A stretch of 63,970 nt of DNA, the filler included, from Klebsormidium nitens (Eukaryota; Plantae; Klebsormidiophyceae), in NCBI GenBank assembly GCA_000708835.1. It is 5 parts of 5 records of this genome, joined end to end, with 100 filler letters (N's around TTAATTAATTAA, not from the genome) between each part and the next. Parts side by side here need not be neighbours in the genome. Positions count along the whole stretch, not along the records: positions 59,162 to 63,970 come from DF238474.1; 4 more parts are not named here. One strand, written 5' to 3'. Within the stretch, counting starts at the first letter, position 1, and each line of letters opens with the position of its first letter. The position numbers and the translations under genes are program-made. The notes below the pieces were generated by a model, which did not search any database, was not told the origin of the DNA, and saw only the letters and a list, made by a program, of their open reading frames with translations. This document shows positions 59,542-63,970 of the stretch, piece after piece.

Positions 59542-62500
59542 ATGGCTGTGTCCAGCTGCTGCGGCCGTGAGGAGCCATCAAATGGCACTTCCTATTCTGC
59601 CAGCACAGCAGCTGCTGAGCGGAAGCCCGCGGAGGGGGAGCCTGCCGCTGCTGCGATAGAAGATGGGGCTGGTGTGGGGAATAGCAGCCAAGGGGCAGAC
59701 ACGAAAGCGGCCGTGCAGGCCTCAGTACAGCGATACTATGGGGAGGTGCTCCAGGACAGCAGTGACCTCAAGACCAGCGCATGCTGTACGCCAAACGCTC
59801 CCCCAAAGCATGTACGGGATGCTCTCCGCAATGTGAGTGGTTGCAATAGTGCACCTTCAAGCGGGTTGAACCGCTTACCACTTCCTACTTAATTTGTGTG
59901 CTGCCAGTGGACAATGCCGGCAGGGCCAGGGCATATGCAAGCAGAGGGGCAGCAGCGGTTCACATTGATGTGGTGTGTCCGGGCTCTGGTGTGTTAAGAC
60001 AGTGTTAAGACAGTCAAGGAGTTCTACTGCCTGTTGCTCTGTTGTCTGAGTGCGGCTTGCGGGCCTGACTGGCTGCTGGTGCAGGTGCCGGACGAGGTGG
60101 TCGCCAAGTACTACGGCTGCGGGTCACCCTTACCAGCAGGTGAGCATCTGCGCCTCCCTCTGGGCGTGCATGAGGGGGATGCCAGTACTGGCCCAGCCAG
60201 TAGAGCAAAGAGACACCGGTCGATAAAGCCTCTCTGATCAAATTAATGAATCTTATTTCTTCCTCTGCTGTGGAATCCAAGTCAGCTGAGGATCCAAGTC
60301 ATGCAAGATTGCTTCTGCCTGTGGTCCTCAACTTCTGTCGCTTGCTGTCCATGCAGGCATAAGTGAGGAGGCGTGCGGGGGCCTCTCTGTCTTGCAAGCT
60401 GCTGCTGGATCATGTGCCTTGATCGCGCTCAGATAGCGAGCAGCGCTGGCCTGGCAGATAGCAGAGGATCTCCTGGATTGAAAAGGTCCCCATCCCAGTT
60501 GCAGCCTGCTCTTGCTGTGGCCGCCATGCTGCCTTGCAAACTCCTGATGATGGAGTTGTGTCCCCCTTTGTGTGTGCGCCCACCTGTTGCCGGTCTGCCT
60601 GCCTGCAGCGGGGCTGCGCGTCCTGGACCTGGGCAGCGGCAGTGGCCGCGACTGCTACCTGGCAGCGGCGCTCGTAGGACCCTCGGGGCGAGTCATTGGG
60701 GTGAGCCCTCCATGTAGCCCAGCCTGGCTGGGCAAGCCACCGCATTGCAGTTTGTGCGGCCCTTGCTGCTGCGTGCTTGGTCAATAGCAGCAAAGTCAGG
60801 AAGTTGAACACGAGAAGGTGGGGGGGGAGGAGTTGCACAGATAAGCTGCCCTTGGCGCCTATGCTTGAAGGGCTGCTTGTGGCGTGCCTGCCTGAATCGT
60901 GCTGAATTCTGGGACGGCGGCGGCGGGCGGGTGCAGGTGGACATGACGGACGCCCAGCTGGCGGTGGCGCGCAAGTACGTGGAGGAGTACACGCAGCGCC
61001 TGGGGTACAGCCAGGCCAACCTCAGCTTCCGGAAGGGCACCATCGAGGACCTCCAGCAGGCAAGGCCCACGCAGACCAGCGCCGTCGCTGCGCATAGTCA
61101 TCTTCTAGACTGATGCTGGCTTGGAGCCTATTTTTGGGGATGAGAGTTTCAACATATGATCAGCCTGCACAAGACTCCTGCTCCTATCGCGGGGCTGAGC
61201 CGCGAGGTTTGATGGCGCAGGCGGGCATTGCGGACGCGTCAGTGGACCTGATTATCAGTAACTGCGTGGTGAACCTGTCGCCCGACAAGGCTGCCGTGCT
61301 GCGCGAGGCGTACCGCGTGCTGGCGCCCGGAGGCGAGTTCCACTTTTCGGATGTCTACTGCGACCGCCGCCTGCCCGCTGCCGTGCGCCGGCATGAGGTC
61401 CTCCTAGGGGAATGCCTTGGCGGCGCGCTCTACGTCAACGACTTCAAGGTATGCCCGCTGCGCCTGGGCCGAAGTGCGGACATGACGCGACCTGCTCGTG
61501 TGGCAGACATCAGTGGCTATCCCACCCAAGAACGATATCAAAGACACCTCTATCCTCATGCTTGGTTATCCCATGGTTTGAGCTCAGATTTTTGATGGCG
61601 TGATCAGAGCATCAGGGCCCTTTCTTTCTTCATATGTCAAAAAAGCTGGTGCTCGCTTTGCTTACGCTCCCTCTCCAGTTTTATGGTCCTGCCCCGGCAG
61701 CGTGCCTCACCCCCCATGCGCTGGTGTGCAGCGGCTGTGCCACGACGTTGGCTTCCTGGACCCGCGCGTCCTCTCCTGCCACGAGGTCCAGGTGAGCAAC
61801 ACAGCGATAGAGCTTGTCGCCACAGGTCTGGCGGACCGTTAGGATGGGCTTACTTGCTTGTTATGGCCATCTTGGCGAATGCGTTGCTGATTGTGCTGCG
61901 CGATTGTCGCTTGCCGTCTCCTCTTACTCCCCTTACGCGCCCGTATCTCACGTGGGGCGTCACCGGCGCAGGTGACGGACGCGGCCCTGCGGGAGCTGGT
62001 CGGGGAGGCGCGCTTCCACAGCGTCACCTACCGCCTCTTCAAGCTGCCCGGCCGGCTAGAGACCGCGTGCGAGGACTATGGACAGGTGGGGGCACAGGGC
62101 GAGCAGTTCAGTGCTTCACACTCACAGTATCGAGGACGCCTCCTCCCAGACTGCGGTCCTGGCATGCCTGAACCACGCCAAACGTTCAACGGCTGAGACT
62201 TCGGTTGAAATCAACTTCATCTTAATCATTTGCACAACCTTTCAATGAGGCTCGGGGAGACACGTGCTTAGACATCCGGTCCTAACACACTCTTCCAGCA
62301 GATATGGCTACTTGTAGCAGCACGCTTCTCTTCCAAGAGGTGACGTGAGTGACGTGAGCTCTTTCTTGCTCGCCCCACCGTGGTACAGATGGAGTCATAA
62401 TTGAAGTGCTTGCATTGGGCCCTTGCATATCACCAAAGCGCGCCCGGTTCTGCGCATCCTCCCTCGGAACGCCTTTATGGGGGAGGCCCTTGTGATGCGC

Positions 62501-62980
62501 TGGCGGTGGCTTGCAGGTGGCCATCTACAAGGGCAGCATTCCGGAGAGCGGCGCCGCGTACCAGCTGGACGACCACCACCGCTTCGAGAAGGGCCGCCCC
62601 CACCTGGTGTGCGGCAACAGTGCAGCGATGGTGAGCGGGCCGCAGAGAGGGCAGGACAACATGGGCCGGCAAGCAACGGTGGCGATCACACCTTCTGTAT
62701 TGCCTGCCACGTGCACGATGCGCGCCGATGGGCGCACTGCATTGTTCTTCTGTTCGCGTGCTGCACAGTCGTTGGCGATGGTCACCAGTGATCATCCAGG
62801 AGTTGCATGTAGTGAGGCGCATGCTGACCGGAGTCGTAAGTGCAGGTCGGGGAGAGCTGGCTGAAGGACCACTTCGAAGTCCTTGGAGACCGCCTCACGC
62901 ACTACGGGGCATTCGAGGCTTGCAAGGAGGACTTTAAGAGCACAATTTTCGCTCCACAGGGCCTCGGAAACTGCTGTTAG
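59542..62980 (+). CDS. AS3MT: Arsenite S-adenosylmethionine methyltransferase (AS3MT/ArsM), multi-exon
   Basis: [81 protein letters not shown]; ends GNCC* at 62980. Alternative start at 59506. Confidence 0.95.
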
Positions 62981-63887
62981 ATGCTGAAGCGCGAAGGGAC
63001 TCATTGTGCAATAATTTGTAGATTAGCATTTGGGTTTAGGCAACAGGTTACAGGCTTATAAGGCTCATGGTATCCGATTCGTTAGCTAGTCCGATTCGTT
63101 AGCCTGGGCGGTTGCTGTCTAGTCTAGTAGGAAGCAGCTTAGAGGTCGCCCGGCGCACATGGTAAACATGCTCCAGGAGATTTGAAAAGGCATTGTCAGA
63201 ATCCGTAAGCAAGAAGCGTGCAGATTCGCTTGCAATTCAGATCCGAAGTGACGCGTTTTATTGTTGTTATAATTATCTATTGACACGCGCCATTTCTTTG
63301 CATAGCGCATGCAGCCAGATGATCAGGACGTTCAGGGATATCTGCATCCAAGTACGTAGGGAAATGCTAGCTGTCCCTCTCATTCTGCACACTTATTGGC
63401 AAAGGATCGGGTCAAGGATACCAGGCCCTGCTCGTCCATAGTCAATTTCGCGTTCATGTTTATAGGGCCCGCCCCTGAGCCCATGCAATATGCATTTGGG
63501 TGGGTCTCATGCATGGTCGCTAAGTCATATAGATGCATCCCCATGCATGATATGCCGATCTCTTTCATGAACGTCGTAGCCACGTGCATGGGCCAGATAG
63601 GCTTCCGGAATGGCCATGGCAATAAAATTCAATCTGAGTTTTGACCGCCTTAGTATAGCTAGCTACAATCCGAGCTGGCCCGCGCCATCATTCATAGATC
63701 GAACCCTGAAACCCTAAAAATCGTAGTTTTTCAGCGTTGTCTTCAGCTCCCGGATCGCAAGTTCGGTAAAGTTAAATTTGCAGGAGCACCTTGAACGTAA
63801 AAGTCATCCCGAAAATCTTCAAATCCATATTCGATCAAATTTAATTAATGACATATCCTCGCGAGATCTTGGCATGTTACCGCGGCC

Positions 63888-63970
63888 GGGGTTAAGGTTT
63901 TAGGGTTTTAGGGTTTTTAGGGTTTTAGAGTTTTTAGGGTTTTAGGGTTTTAGGGTTTTAGGGTTTTAGG
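63888..63970 (+). repeat. Telomeric repeat (TTTTAGGG)n at the window end
   Basis: About 9 units from 63898 with variants (T5AGGG, TTTTAGAG); degenerate start at 63888. Confidence 0.95.

Noticed and set aside
1-63970. Prokaryotic origin or bacterial two-component operon
   Set aside because: The histidine kinase is split by GT-AG introns, and the window ends in a eukaryotic telomere.

Overview
Eukaryotic nuclear DNA with spliceosomal GT-AG introns, ending in a TTTTAGGG telomere. It is most likely a streptophyte alga such as Klebsormidium, inferred from the telomere type plus a land-plant-type CHASE kinase. The window holds five sequence blocks joined by 100-bp N spacers containing TTAATTAATTAA, so adjacency across those joins is unproven. 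(1) 1-4.6 kb: an intronless, virus-like gene block (SET methyltransferase, nucleocytovirus-type penton/minor capsid, small membrane protein, orphans), contiguous with a 15-kb multi-exon cytokinin-receptor-like hybrid histidine kinase gene. (2) 21.7-29.9 kb: a decayed, intron-containing Zator-like DNA transposon, followed by an array of three palindromes. (3) 32.9-45.5 kb: an unusual virus-like/mobile module. It has an intronless Prim-Pol/D5 primase-helicase, two tandem tyrosine-recombinase genes (one broken by a single amber codon), an MC1-like DNA-packaging protein, a spliced ZnF/bZIP-basic-like/HPD protein flanked by inverted arrays of TGACGTCA (CRE) repeats, and a second, intron-containing primase-helicase. 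(4) 47-58 kb: USP10/UBP24 and RNF10, the eraser and writer of 40S ubiquitination in animals and yeast, arranged head-to-head. (5) 59.5-63 kb: arsenite methyltransferase with a predicted 6-nt micro-exon, about 0.9 kb from the telomere. All family assignments come from motif recognition by eye; no searches were run.
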